Shown one piece after another: positions 12,404 to 23,009 of a DNA stretch of 62,857 bases. The stretch spans positions 1 through 62,857 of the forward strand of contig DAOORA010000021.1 in NCBI GenBank assembly GCA_035389045.1. Direction: 5' to 3'. The notes below the pieces were generated by a model. It made no database searches and had not been told where the DNA came from. It worked only from the letters and a program-made list of their open reading frames with translations. Made by a program: the position numbers and the translations under genes. Every line of letters starts with the position of its first letter. Position 1 is the first letter of the stretch. Source of the stretch: Bacteroidales bacterium. Lineage in GTDB: Bacteria > Bacteroidota > Bacteroidia > Bacteroidales > CAIWKO01.

Positions 12404-12583
12404 ATTGAATTGATTATTTTTCAGACAAATATAAAGAAAATTAGCACAGAATAAAAAACATTAATAAAAATTAATTTTTACACAGGTTCATTAAAAAATC
12501 ACCATCATCAACAACAGAAATAATGTGAATAAAAAAGTAATTTTGCATCCTGAGATTTTGACTTACCTACCTTATATCCGCTC

Positions 12584-14254
12584 ATGAACTGGTTTAACAA
12601 TTTGCTGACACAAGATTCTGTAGCACATACTATTCTGATCTTTAGTCTGGTGATAGCCACCGGCGTAGCGCTGGGAAAAGTAAAAATATCAGGCATCTCG
12701 CTGGGTGTGGCCTTTGTACTGTTCACAGGCATCCTGGCCGGACATATCGGTTTGAAGGTCAACCCTATAGCTTTGGAATTTGTGAGGGACTTTGGCCTGG
12801 TACTGTTTGTTTTTTTTATCGGACTGCAGCTTGGTCCCGGATTTTTCTCTTCGCTGAAAAAAGACGGATTGACATTGAATCTGCTGGCAACGGCCACTGT
12901 TACCGGTGGAGTGTTGACCGCCATAGTGATACATTACATCAGCGGTGTGTCTATACCGGTCATCACGGGCATCATGTCGGGAGCAGTGACCAACACACCG
13001 GGGCTTGGCGCGGCACAGCAGGCGCTGGAGCAGGCCACTGCCGGCACTCCGGGTATAATCTTTCCCGATCCTGCACTGGGTTATGCTGTGGCATACCCCT
13101 TTGGTGTACTGGGCACCATATTGACCATGTTGCTGATCCGCAGGTTATCCGGAACAGATATTATAAGGGAGCGCCAGGAATATGAACAGTGGCAGCATCC
13201 GCAGGGAGCAAAACCCGAAAGAACCAGCATTGTTATAAAAAATCCGGAGATCTCGGGTAAAAAAATCCGGGAAATAAGCCACCACTTAAAAAATGATGCG
13301 GTTATTTCCAGGATATTGCATGAAGGCCTTGAATCCATTGCCACCTCGGAAACGATTTGCGAAAACGGCGATATCGTCCTGCTGGTGGCACAAAAAGACG
13401 ACATTCCGGAACTCATAAAACTGCTGGGAGAGCCCAGTGTTTTTGATCTGACAGCATACCCCGGAAAATTGGTTTCCAGGCAGGTTTTTGTCACAAACAG
13501 CCATGTGATCGGAAAAAAACTGTCGTCACTGAAACTGCGTTCACGTTTTGAGATCAATATCACACGCATTACCCGTGCAGGCATCGAATTAGTAGCACAC
13601 CCCGACATCGGCCTGCAGTTTGGCGATAAACTGACCATTGTTGGCGACGAAAAACATATAGAAAATGTAGCCCAGCTTCTGGGCAACTCCCTGAACCGCC
13701 TTGAGGAGCCGGGACTGTTCCCTGTCTTTACCGGAATCCTGATCGGTATCCTTCTGGGCAGCATACCTATGGCTATACCGGGAATACCGACACCGGTCAA
13801 GCTGGGCATGGCTGGAGGCCCGCTGATCATTGCCATTTTACTCAGCCGTTACGGTTATAAACTCTCACTGAATTCATACACCACCCCCAGCGCCAACAAG
13901 ATGCTGCGCGAAACCGGAATCGTCCTTTTTCTCGCCAGCGTAGGACTTAAAGCAGGCGAGAACTTTGTTCCGACCTTGCTTTCAGGTCATGGTTATATCT
14001 GGATGGGTTACGGGGTTTTCATCACCATGATACCCATATTGATTATCGGCTTCATCACAAAATTTATACTGAAAAGAAATTTCTTTGAATTATGCGGGCT
14101 GCTTTCGGGCAGTATGACGGATCCGCCGGCCCTTGCTTTTGCCAACTCTATAGCACAGTCTGATGCACCCTCGGTAGCTTATGCAACGGTTTATCCGCTG
14201 GTGATGTTTTTAAGGATCATTGCTGCACAACTGATGATACTGCTGTTTTTATAA
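12584..14254 (+). CDS. AspT/YidE/YbjL family putative transporter with TrkA-C domains
   Basis: GAVTNTPGLGAA, GYAVAYPFG, GSMTDPPAL and YATVYP motifs; central soluble domains. Confidence 0.92.
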   Translation: MNWFNNLLTQDSVAHTILIFSLVIATGVALGKVKISGISLGVAFVLFTGILAGHIGLKVNPIALEFVRDFGLVLFVFFIGLQLGPGFFSSLKKDGLTLNLLATATVTGGVLTAIVIHYISGVSIPVITGIMSGAVTNTPGLGAAQQALEQATAGTPGIIFPDPALGYAVAYPFGVLGTILTMLLIRRLSGTDIIRERQEYEQWQHPQGAKPERTSIVIKNPEISGKKIREISHHLKNDAVISRILHEGLESIATSETICENGDIVLLVAQKDDIPELIKLLGEPSVFDLTAYPGKLVSRQVFVTNSHVIGKKLSSLKLRSRFEINITRITRAGIELVAHPDIGLQFGDKLTIVGDEKHIENVAQLLGNSLNRLEEPGLFPVFTGILIGILLGSIPMAIPGIPTPVKLGMAGGPLIIAILLSRYGYKLSLNSYTTPSANKMLRETGIVLFLASVGLKAGENFVPTLLSGHGYIWMGYGVFITMIPILIIGFITKFILKRNFFELCGLLSGSMTDPPALAFANSIAQSDAPSVAYATVYPLVMFLRIIAAQLMILLFL

Positions 14255-14280
14255 TAATTTAAGAGGCGGCCATAAAAAAA

Positions 14281-14309
14281 TAATGCCCCAACAAACTTTT
14301 GGGGCATTA
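14281..14309. terminator. Hairpin between convergent genes
   Basis: TAATGCCCCAA-caaactt-TTGGGGCATTA preceded by an A-run. Confidence 0.7.
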
Positions 14310-14392
14310 TCCTCAAGGGTAATACACTAAAAGAGCCGTCAGTGTCTGGCCATTGGGAAACCAGTCATCCATCTGCAGGCTTTTGTACCCGT

Positions 14393-15100
14393 TTATTTTT
14401 TCAGGATCTTTTTTAAGACAGTATCCTTGTCTAATTTTTTAGTACAGAAGAACCAGTCATAACATTTTGTATTCTCATCTTTGCTTTCCATCCGTTCTTT
14501 TGCCACTCCGCATGAGCCGGCCGTAGGAACGATGACGTCATCACCGGGTCTCCAGTCAGCAGGGGTCGCCACACTGAACTCATCGGCGGTCTGTAAGGCC
14601 AGAACAACACGGTATAATTCATCGAAATTACGCCCTAAACTGAGGGGATAGTAAATAATGGTTCTGATAACACCTTTGGGGTCAATTACAAATACGGCCC
14701 GGACGGCTTTGGTATTGCTTTCGCCCGGCATCATCATACCGTATTTTTTAGCAACATCCATAGTGATATCCTCGATCAGAGGAAAGGTCACTTCAACATT
14801 CTTCATGCCTTTGTATTCTATTTTTTCTTTGATGGTGCGCAGCCATGCGATATGACTGTAGAGTCCGTCAACCGATAGACCAACAAGTTTACAATTTGCT
14901 TCATTGAATTGTTTTTCAAGGCTTGCAAAAGTCATAAACTCTGAGGTACAAACCGGCGTGAAATCAGCGGGATGACTGAAAAGGATCACCCAACTGCCAC
15001 TGTAGTCGGCAGGAAAATTAATTTCACCCTGTGTGGTTACTGCTTTAAAGGCTGGTGCTTTGTCGCCAATTCTTGGCATGGCAATTACTTCTTGTTCCAT
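14393..15100 (-). CDS. Peroxiredoxin (Prx6-type)
   Basis: FSHPADFTPVCTSEF, GRNFDE, TPADW..GD, C-terminal DWFFC. Confidence 0.95.
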   Translation of the reverse strand: MEQEVIAMPRIGDKAPAFKAVTTQGEINFPADYSGSWVILFSHPADFTPVCTSEFMTFASLEKQFNEANCKLVGLSVDGLYSHIAWLRTIKEKIEYKGMKNVEVTFPLIEDITMDVAKKYGMMMPGESNTKAVRAVFVIDPKGVIRTIIYYPLSLGRNFDELYRVVLALQTADEFSVATPADWRPGDDVIVPTAGSCGVAKERMESKDENTKCYDWFFCTKKLDKDTVLKKILKK

Positions 15101-15147
15101 AATTTTTGTTTTTTTAGGTTTTACAATTTATTTAATTAATATATATT

Positions 15148-15339
<192 letters not shown>

Positions 15340-15352
15340 TTATTTTTATATT

Positions 15353-15733
15353 TTAATAATCATCAACTGTTGGAACGATAAACCCCATTACAATAGTGCC
15401 AATAATGCCGGCGCTAACAATAATCATTTGAATAGGAAACAGGTCGATAAAAAAAATACAGGATAGCGTAATCATTGTCCACATGGTAGTAATGGCAAAA
15501 ATTTTTGTTCTGAGGCTCATGCCTTTTTTATTGTAGAACTCTGAAATATAGTTGCCAATGAACCGGTTACCATAAAGTTTTGAATACAACCTGTCTGAGC
15601 TTTTGATGTACAGCCCTGCAGCTACTAACAAAAACGGTGTAGTTGGCAAACCGGGTATCACAATTCCGGCCATCCCGAGGCAAAGCGACAGCGAACCTAA
15701 TAAGATAAATATGGGTTTAAGAAAATTCATCAA
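15353..15733 (-). CDS. YbaN (DUF454) family membrane protein
   Basis: GIVIPGLPTTPFLLVAA...KSS.RL signature. Confidence 0.9.
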   Translation of the reverse strand: MMNFLKPIFILLGSLSLCLGMAGIVIPGLPTTPFLLVAAGLYIKSSDRLYSKLYGNRFIGNYISEFYNKKGMSLRTKIFAITTMWTMITLSCIFFIDLFPIQMIIVSAGIIGTIVMGFIVPTVDDY

Positions 15734-15734
15734 G

Positions 15735-16160
15735 CTATTTCATGTCTTTAGTGTATTTACCGATAATGTGAAGTTTTAAATCATCAATAATAAAATCCGG
15801 TATGCTCTTTTTTTTGAAATATTCCATTAACAATTTATTCAGCTCATCATCATAATAATCGTCAATCATTTCTGAATTAAGACAATAAATATGGTGATGG
15901 TGCCCGGTATTGGCATCGTATCGCATGATGTCTTTTTCGGTTTTGACTTTCTGAATAAGTTTATTTCCGACCATAATATCAAGAACCTTATATACGGTGG
16001 CCACTGAAATATTGGGGTACTTTTCCCTGATATAGGCAATAATACATTCTGCCGTCGGATGATTATTCAACGAAATAATTGCTTCCAGAACAGCAACTCG
16101 CTGAGGTGTAACTTTTAAACCCTTTTCAGATAATCTTTTTGGTATTTCTGAAATTTCCAT
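15735..16160 (-). CDS. Fur-family regulator (PerR-like)
   Basis: GLKVTPQR, HPTAE, ISVATVYK, RYDAN..HHHHIYC; upstream of peroxide-defence genes. Confidence 0.9.
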   Translation of the reverse strand: MEISEIPKRLSEKGLKVTPQRVAVLEAIISLNNHPTAECIIAYIREKYPNISVATVYKVLDIMVGNKLIQKVKTEKDIMRYDANTGHHHHIYCLNSEMIDDYYDDELNKLLMEYFKKKSIPDFIIDDLKLHIIGKYTKDMK

Positions 16161-16173
16161 TACTATTTTTTGA

Positions 16174-16206
16174 CAAAGATAATGATTCTCTCTTAATAAT
16201 CATTAT
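16174..16206 (-). promoter_or_regulatory. -7 promoter element (TATCTTTG) overlapped by a Fur/Per-box-like inverted repeat
   Basis: ATAATGATT-N10-AATCATTAT resembles Fur-box half-sites, directly upstream of the fur-family gene. Confidence 0.55.
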
Positions 16207-16332
16207 ACATCTGATTAATTTTTTATTAATGATATATCAAGGGGGAAGGAGCGGTGTCAAAAATCAGCGCACACCGGATTGATTTGGATTTTACGAGCGT
16301 ATTCCGCATAATATAAGTACTGTACTTTCGGG

Positions 16333-18021
16333 TTACACTTTTATGATTTTTTTTATCATGATTCCTTTGATGGTCTCTGCTTTTATAAGGTAAATACCCT
16401 TTGGTAAATTCTCCAAATCTATGGTAGATTCACCATCATCAGTATGCATTGTCTTTATAATTTGGCCTTCACCATTAAATATTGTTATGACAGATTTTTG
16501 GTTTGTTACGACTTCTATGCTGTTTCCTGCCGGATTGGGGAAAACTTCAAATTTGTTTTCTGTTACCAAAGTGTCATGTATTTCTGTTGCCGCAGATGAA
16601 AGCCTGGCGATAAAAATGTCTTCATAACCGCTATTTGATAAAACAGTGTTGCCCATCGTCATGCTAAGACTATTGAAAACTCCTGAAATATATATGTTCC
16701 CGGATTTATCTGTACACATACTGTTACTCCAGTCGGATGAATATCCTCCGGTACTTTTTGCCCAGACGGGGTTGCCTGAAGAATCGTATTTTGCAATAAA
16801 AATATCCGCATAACCCGGATAAACATTCGATAAAACATGACTGCCAAAAGTAAGGGCGGGACTTTTAAACCATCCTGTAATATAGGCATTCCCGGAACTA
16901 TCGGCAGTGATGGCCTGAGCGCAGTTGTCATAACTTCCGCTGATACTGTGCGCCCACGACACCTTTCCATAGCGGTTGTATTTCGCAATAAAAACAGCAG
17001 CTTCAGGAAAACCGGAATTGGTCAGAACCATGCTGTCCAAAGCAATGGAATGACTTTTAAAGTAACCGGTAAGATACATACTTCCATCTTCAGCTGTTGT
17101 TATACCATAACTTCCGTCATTCTCATCCGAACCTGCAACACTCCCTGCCCACAGGACACTTCCGGATGAATCGTATTTAACAATAAAGATATCTTCTCCG
17201 CCAATATTATCCGCATTTACTAAGGTAGTATCTCCAAAAGTGAGCAAGGAACTTGCGAAAACTCCGGTAATATATACATTTCCGGTATTATCGGTTGCGA
17301 TGCTGCGTCCTTCTTCAAATCCGCCACCCTCTCCATCCTGATTTCTCACCCATAATATATTTCCTGCCTGATCATATTTCGCAACAAAAAAATCATAAAT
17401 ATCATGAGTTGCCAGGTTGATCAACGTATCATTGCCGAAAATGACATAGGGTAATGCAAATGCGCCGGTGATATAGATATTATCATTTCTGTCAACTGCT
17501 ATACCCATACCTATCGCATAAAAACTTCCGTATGCTTTTTTTGCCCAGCAGACATTTCCCATGCTGTCATATTTTACAACAAATATATCACCATTGTCCA
17601 TTGTGCCTTTAATTAAAGTATCGTTGCCAAAAACGATAGTATCACTTGTGAACAGCCCTGTAATATATACGTTGCCGCTTTTATCAGCAACGATGCCATA
17701 ACCCTCGTCCCAACCAGGCCCCCCAGCACTTTTTGCCCAGAGCACATTGCCGGATGCATCATATTTGGCGATATATACATCGGTAGTATCATTGTCCCCG
17801 GCATTGAATAATGTATGAGTTCCAAAGCTGATGGCGGAACTTTTAAACCATCCGGTTATAAAAATACTTCCGTTACCATCGGCACAGATTCCGGTAGCAC
17901 GGTCCGATTTATCTCCCAAAGCGTTTTTGGCCCAATTCCAATCGTATATCTGGGCAGAGACTCTCTTATCTGTAAAACTTAAGAAAACTAATGCCAAAAA
18001 AATTAAAATTATCTTTTTCAT
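16333..18021 (-). CDS. SBBP-repeat beta-propeller protein with T9SS type A CTD
   Basis: Repeats GIA.D..GN.YITG.F and D.FIAKYD.SGN.LWA; C-terminal VFPNPA...LPKGIYLIK; start at MKKIILIF. Confidence 0.88.
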   Translation of the reverse strand: MKKIILIFLALVFLSFTDKRVSAQIYDWNWAKNALGDKSDRATGICADGNGSIFITGWFKSSAISFGTHTLFNAGDNDTTDVYIAKYDASGNVLWAKSAGGPGWDEGYGIVADKSGNVYITGLFTSDTIVFGNDTLIKGTMDNGDIFVVKYDSMGNVCWAKKAYGSFYAIGMGIAVDRNDNIYITGAFALPYVIFGNDTLINLATHDIYDFFVAKYDQAGNILWVRNQDGEGGGFEEGRSIATDNTGNVYITGVFASSLLTFGDTTLVNADNIGGEDIFIVKYDSSGSVLWAGSVAGSDENDGSYGITTAEDGSMYLTGYFKSHSIALDSMVLTNSGFPEAAVFIAKYNRYGKVSWAHSISGSYDNCAQAITADSSGNAYITGWFKSPALTFGSHVLSNVYPGYADIFIAKYDSSGNPVWAKSTGGYSSDWSNSMCTDKSGNIYISGVFNSLSMTMGNTVLSNSGYEDIFIARLSSAATEIHDTLVTENKFEVFPNPAGNSIEVVTNQKSVITIFNGEGQIIKTMHTDDGESTIDLENLPKGIYLIKAETIKGIMIKKIIKV

Positions 18022-18443
18022 AATCAATCCTGACTTTAATAAAATTGTAGACAAAACAAATATATATAAAAAAAATATACATAAGCTATTCTCTGAAAAT
18101 GGAACTGTTTCTATCTGAATGTTTTAATTTCATATATGTGAAGCTATGATCAACAGGTGCCTGTCTTGCAGCTCAGTCAGACCATTAATTGCATGATTAA
18201 TATATATTTATAAAGTATATAAAAATTTATTTTGATCTTATTATTCTATTGACATTAAGGCTATCTGATTTTTTATTGGAATCAGAAATACTATTCTTTT
18301 TAAAAGAGAATCCGAACTGAAATTTTAAAAAAGATAATGCCATGAATCTTATTAACAACGTTAATATCCATAAAATACTTGCTTTTTCAATTAATTTTTC
18401 TTATATTTGTAGTAGGTAACTAAAAAATTTAAATATTACCACT

Positions 18444-19337
18444 ATGAAAAAAATAATTTCTTTTATTTTGGGAATATTGCTTTTTTCCCCGCTGTATGCC
18501 CAGATACCCAACGGCGGATTTGAAGCATGGTCAAACGATTCAACTCCAGTAGTTTGGAATGGTGTTATTAATATTGATATTTATATACAGACATATCAGT
18601 TTTACACAGCGGCCAAAACAGCGGATGTACATTCCGGCGAATCTGCCGTGGTGGTGAGTACTAATAAATATACTCCCTATGTTGATATATTATTACCGGG
18701 CATTATGTCGTATGGCACAACCAATCTTATTCTGAGTCTCATTGATTTTAGTTTGATTACCAATACTACCGGAGGAATACCGGTCAATATAATACCTCAG
18801 AAAGTCAAAGGATATTATATGTATGAAGGTGTAAACGACGATTCCATGTCGGTAAGCGCTGAGTGTTATTATAATTCAATTCTTGTCGGCAGCGGAGGGC
18901 TGACAACCAATGTCCCGCAGTTAGAGTATATACCATTTGAATTTGACCTGACCTATACCGAAAACGATGTAACTCCGGATTTGTTTAACATAATTTTTCA
19001 ATCATCATCAAGCAGTGATCCCCAGTATGGCTCAGCTTTATATCTTGACGATATTTCAATAGAATATACGCTTGCAGGCATCACGGAAACGGTTTCTATT
19101 GATGAACTTGTGACTATGTATCCCAACCCTTCCCGCGGAATGCTTCATATCGGTCTCACCCCGGACGAAATGAATATTATTAAGGTGTATGATAGTTACG
19201 GTAAGCAGGTTTTTTCATCTGCATGTGATCAGAAATTTACCATGCTTGACATGAGTTCTTTCGCTAACGGGGCTTATCTCGTGGAGGTTATCAATTCTTC
19301 CGGGCATCATTTAAAGAAGTTCATTCTTGCCCGTTGA
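18444..19337 (+). CDS. T9SS type A sorting domain protein (carbohydrate-binding-like N-terminus)
   Basis: Signal peptide, QIPNGGFEAW, LYLDDISI, C-terminal MYPNPS...ANGAYLVEV. Confidence 0.8.
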   Translation: MKKIISFILGILLFSPLYAQIPNGGFEAWSNDSTPVVWNGVINIDIYIQTYQFYTAAKTADVHSGESAVVVSTNKYTPYVDILLPGIMSYGTTNLILSLIDFSLITNTTGGIPVNIIPQKVKGYYMYEGVNDDSMSVSAECYYNSILVGSGGLTTNVPQLEYIPFEFDLTYTENDVTPDLFNIIFQSSSSSDPQYGSALYLDDISIEYTLAGITETVSIDELVTMYPNPSRGMLHIGLTPDEMNIIKVYDSYGKQVFSSACDQKFTMLDMSSFANGAYLVEVINSSGHHLKKFILAR

Positions 19338-19354
19338 TTTTTCAGGTTTTTATG

Positions 19355-19384
19355 AAGGCCATTCTGTTTCGGGATGGTCTTTTT
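19355..19384 (+). terminator. Rho-independent terminator
   Basis: AAGGCCATTCTG-tttc-GGGATGGTCTTTTT hairpin with T-run. Confidence 0.55.
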
Positions 19385-19473
19385 CCGTTTAGGGAAGATA
19401 ATATCCATGATTCAGACTTAGGAACCGGAAAATTTATAAATTCGTGGTCTTTTAGAACCCGACAACATTACGT

Positions 19474-19929
19474 ATGGACGACAAGATCAAGCTTAAATCA
19501 TCTATTATTGAAACCTGCAGGCAGCAGCATCTGAACACTATTGAGAACCTGACCAGAGAAATGGATGAACATCAGCAGCTGGCCAACGAGTATGGCCCTC
19601 CAAAAGACCGTTACGATGCATTCCGGTCGCAGATGTTACGGAGGCGTGATATTTTTGCCGAGCAGTTGCAGAAGGCCAACCTGGAACTGGCTTCGCTGGA
19701 TATGGTGAATCCTGAGGAATTGAAAACAAAAGTTGAATTTGGCGCTGTAGTGATTACCAGCCATCAAAAGCTTTTTGTTTGCATCAGCATGGGAAAAGTC
19801 ACCGTGGGCAAGGATACCTGGTTTGCTATTTCTCCTAATGTTCCGCTGTTTCAGGTTTTGAAAGGATTGAAGCCGGGCGATACCGCTGTATTTAATAATA
19901 ACACCATTCAGATCATTGATGTTTTCTGA
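19474..19929 (+). CDS. GreA/GreB-like protein
   Basis: N-terminal coiled coil; C-terminal VEFGAVV...ISPNVPL...LKGLKPGD. Confidence 0.65.
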   Translation: MDDKIKLKSSIIETCRQQHLNTIENLTREMDEHQQLANEYGPPKDRYDAFRSQMLRRRDIFAEQLQKANLELASLDMVNPEELKTKVEFGAVVITSHQKLFVCISMGKVTVGKDTWFAISPNVPLFQVLKGLKPGDTAVFNNNTIQIIDVF

Positions 19930-21016
19930 ACGTATCTGTCCTGAATTGTGTCCTGCCTGTAAACACAGGCATCTGAGCGAAGAAGAAAGTCTCAGTAAAA
20001 AGATGGAGTTTTTAAAGAATAAACTGTTCCGATGGCCTGACATGATTGACCCCATACGGTCGGTTCATGGACAGGCCCGCTTTAATTACCGGAAAAAAGT
20101 ATGTCTGCATACCTTGTTTAACGGAGCGGGATGGGATTTTGGAATGATATCCCGTAAGCAGCTGGTGGACATTTCCTTATGTCCCGTGCAGCATGAGCCG
20201 GTGTGCAGCACGATTGGGTTTTTGAAAGATGTTTTGCCGCATCCTGAGCTTTTTCCAATGCGTTATTTTATACAATCAGGCAAGCAGGTGCTGCTTGTGC
20301 TGAAAACTTCAGTATTGCCACCAATGGACTGGCTTACGGAGCATCTGACAGAAAATCTTAAAGCTTCCGGCATTGAAGGTTTTTGGTTACATCTGAACCC
20401 ATCGGCAGGTCATAAGATCTTTATGAAACACAATTTCCACCTGCTTTTTGGCCGTGAATATTCCCGTGATGAAAATGGGCTTGAATACGGGCCGATGTCT
20501 TTTCAGCAGCTTATTCCCGGTTTGTATGCTGATTCATTAGAAGAAGCCGCCGGCTTTATCAGGCCGGACGAAAACACTGTGGTTGTGGATCTTTATTGCG
20601 GAACAGGTTATAGCCTGCAGCGTTGGCTTTCCTCAGGCGCCGCGACAGCAGGCGTGGAATTGAGCGGAGAAGCCGTACTCTGCTGCGGTAAAAATGTACC
20701 GGTAGCTCTTGTACTTAGGGGCAGATGCAGCGACCGGCTTCCCCAGCTTGATGAATTTGCCGGGGCACATAGTGATAAAACCAGACTGCTGTACATCAAC
20801 CCTCCGCGGACGGGTCTGGAAAAGGAAGTGTCAGACTGGATAGTCAATAATTACCGGCCCGGCCGTATGGCATATCTCTCGTGCAGTGCGGGAACACTTG
20901 CCCGTGACCTTGATATGCTGTGCTCACATGGTTATCAGGTACTAAAGATCATACCGTATGATTTTTTCCCGCAGACCATACATGTGGAATGTCTGGTTAT
21001 GATTGCTGCCGGATAA
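19916..21016 (+). CDS. RlmD/TrmA-like SAM-dependent RNA m5U methyltransferase
   Basis: CPELCPAC cluster, SFQQ, VDLYCGTG, NPPRTGL, YLSCSAGTLARDL, DFFPQTIHVE. Confidence 0.85.
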   Translation: MMFSERICPELCPACKHRHLSEEESLSKKMEFLKNKLFRWPDMIDPIRSVHGQARFNYRKKVCLHTLFNGAGWDFGMISRKQLVDISLCPVQHEPVCSTIGFLKDVLPHPELFPMRYFIQSGKQVLLVLKTSVLPPMDWLTEHLTENLKASGIEGFWLHLNPSAGHKIFMKHNFHLLFGREYSRDENGLEYGPMSFQQLIPGLYADSLEEAAGFIRPDENTVVVDLYCGTGYSLQRWLSSGAATAGVELSGEAVLCCGKNVPVALVLRGRCSDRLPQLDEFAGAHSDKTRLLYINPPRTGLEKEVSDWIVNNYRPGRMAYLSCSAGTLARDLDMLCSHGYQVLKIIPYDFFPQTIHVECLVMIAAG

Positions 21017-21034
21017 CCGGAAGGATATTTGCTA

Positions 21035-21592
21035 TTAAACAACACTCAGGATTTCTTCCAGAGCAGAAGATGCATATCGGGCATCGGTTTTATATGTTCC
21101 TAATGTTGGTGTAACTACAGCCTTCTCTGCCGGGGTAATTATCATAAGCGCTATACAGATACGGATTTTATCTTCGATCCGGTCCAATCCTGATATCAGT
21201 GCATTGGTGATTACACCTGTTTTCAGATCTTCTGAGGCATGATACAGACATCCTTCAATGGCATCATGGCTGCCGATCATGGTATAACAGGGCCCTTTGA
21301 TCGTAAGTTGACGGGCAAGAAAACCGGCAGGCCCGTTGGCAAGGGTCCAGTTAAAGTTGGCCGGATTGGCAAACCCAGGACTGTGCAGGAGTGCATTTTT
21401 CCAAAAAGTGATTGACTCAAAAACCCCTGCATTTGTGGTGGCCAGGTACAGTCCGGTTTTATTCTCAACATAGCCGGATTCTGATAACCATCTCTTTATG
21501 GAATTGGCTATAATTGATAACTTGTCTTCGTAAGGGCTTGATTCTGTTGTGAATTCATCTTTAAGCCATCGTGTGCAATACATTATTTCCAT
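21035..21592 (-). CDS. Short ketosynthase-like (chain-length-factor-like) protein
   Basis: NPANFNWTLANGPAGFLARQLTIKGPCYTM resembles the KS N-terminal domain; no TAC catalytic motif; overlaps the KS gene. Confidence 0.7.
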   Translation of the reverse strand: MEIMYCTRWLKDEFTTESSPYEDKLSIIANSIKRWLSESGYVENKTGLYLATTNAGVFESITFWKNALLHSPGFANPANFNWTLANGPAGFLARQLTIKGPCYTMIGSHDAIEGCLYHASEDLKTGVITNALISGLDRIEDKIRICIALMIITPAEKAVVTPTLGTYKTDARYASSALEEILSVV

Positions 21593-22740
21593 TTTTTAAT
21601 AAACAAAGCTGAGTTTAATCCTCCGAAAGCATAGCCACAATTCAGAATATAATTCAGTTCCTTTTGGCGGCTTGCCCTCACCAGATCAATGGCAAACTGC
21701 GGGTCCGGTTCTTCGAGGTTTGCCGTTGGGGGTATTACGTTATGCTGCAACGCCATGATGCATACTGCTGTTTCAATGGCTGTGGAGGCTCCCAGCGAAT
21801 GTCCCAGGGCTCCTTTAATACCGGACACAGGAACATCAGCACCGAAAACCGTATTAATGGCCAGAGCTTCTGCGTTGTCAGACGCCATAGTACCGCTTCC
21901 GTGAGCACAAATCCAGTCTACCTTACGGGCATCCACATCCTCGATGGTAAGCGCTGTGGTCATGGCCTGTATGATTCCTGTACCATCGGGCAGGGGTGCG
22001 GTTTGATGGTATGCATCACAGCTTAATCCCAGCGCACCGATGATAGCCAGTGGCTTTGCACCTCTTTGCAGTGCATGTTCTTCTTCTTCGAGTATGAAGA
22101 CAGCAGCGCCTTCGCCCAGCATCATGCCATCGCGGTTACGATCGAAGGGCCTGCAGATATTTGTTGTCATCGCTCTGGAACGGCTGAAGCCCGTCATGGC
22201 AACCCGTGAAAAAGGCTCTATACCTCCTGCAATGGCCACATCGGCATGGCCGTTGCTGATGTATGAGGCAGCAGCGCCCAGTGCATAATTTCCTGCCGCA
22301 CAAGCTGTTCCATAGGAGAACGACGGCCCTTTCAGCCCCAGTTCTTTTTGAATCAGTCTTGCAAAAGAGTTGACCGTGTAGTCGGCCGGGTTGAGCTCCG
22401 CTCCGCCTGCCATAGCTTCAAAGGCTCCGCTTTCGCCTAAGGTGGACCCTATAAAGATTCCTGTATGGTCCGGAAAGCTGACCGACGATCCGGCTAAGGC
22501 ATTATGCAGTGTTGTTTTCGCCAGCCATGACCCTCTGGCCAGGGATGATATGGTTTTGTCATCCGCTATCCTGCAGGCTTTGGTAAAACGGAACCCTTCC
22601 TCTTTAAGGTCCGGCCACTCCCTGACCGAAGATTTTCCTGCTGTGAGCATGGACCAAATCAGGTTTTTATCGTTACCCCAGGGCGTCATCAGTGCGAAGG
22701 AGGTGACAACAGTGCGTCTTTTCTTATAAGTATGGTTCAA
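21583..22740 (-). CDS. Beta-ketoacyl-ACP synthase (FabF-like)
   Basis: TACAAG Cys, CRPFD..RDG..LGEGAA, AHGSGT, KGALGHSLGA, AFGGLN. Confidence 0.93.
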   Translation of the reverse strand: MNHTYKKRRTVVTSFALMTPWGNDKNLIWSMLTAGKSSVREWPDLKEEGFRFTKACRIADDKTISSLARGSWLAKTTLHNALAGSSVSFPDHTGIFIGSTLGESGAFEAMAGGAELNPADYTVNSFARLIQKELGLKGPSFSYGTACAAGNYALGAAASYISNGHADVAIAGGIEPFSRVAMTGFSRSRAMTTNICRPFDRNRDGMMLGEGAAVFILEEEEHALQRGAKPLAIIGALGLSCDAYHQTAPLPDGTGIIQAMTTALTIEDVDARKVDWICAHGSGTMASDNAEALAINTVFGADVPVSGIKGALGHSLGASTAIETAVCIMALQHNVIPPTANLEEPDPQFAIDLVRASRQKELNYILNCGYAFGGLNSALFIKKWK

Positions 22741-22744
22741 AGTA

Positions 22745-23008
22745 TCAGTTTTTAAAAGAGGTACGATTTTTCACCTGTTCAAAAATATAATCAGTAATGA
22801 TATTGATAGTAACCAGTTGTTTCCAGATAGAGTCAGGTATTTCAATTTTGAACGACTGTTCGGCTCTGGCCACCAATTCAGCCATATCCACAGAATCAAA
22901 ACCTATTTCATTCATCAGATGCGCCTCGGGAGGAATAGATTCAGGAAGGTTTTTTTTTACTTTTCTGATCTCGCTGACGACGAGATTCTGTATTTCTTTT
23001 TTTTCCAT
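22745..23008 (-). CDS. Acyl carrier protein
   Basis: EIGFDSVDMAELV...F.IEIPD. Confidence 0.92.
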   Translation of the reverse strand: MEKKEIQNLVVSEIRKVKKNLPESIPPEAHLMNEIGFDSVDMAELVARAEQSFKIEIPDSIWKQLVTINIITDYIFEQVKNRTSFKN

Positions 23009-23009
23009 T

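Noticed and set aside
13081..13836. Long antisense ORFs (also 3289-3921, 45289-45972, 52295-52846)
   Set aside because: Antisense or alternate-frame shadows of well-supported genes, with no recognisable motifs.
19916..21016. Methyltransferase as a tailoring enzyme of the KS/ACP operon
   Set aside because: Opposite strand, coupled to the GreA-like gene, and carries RNA m5U methyltransferase motifs.
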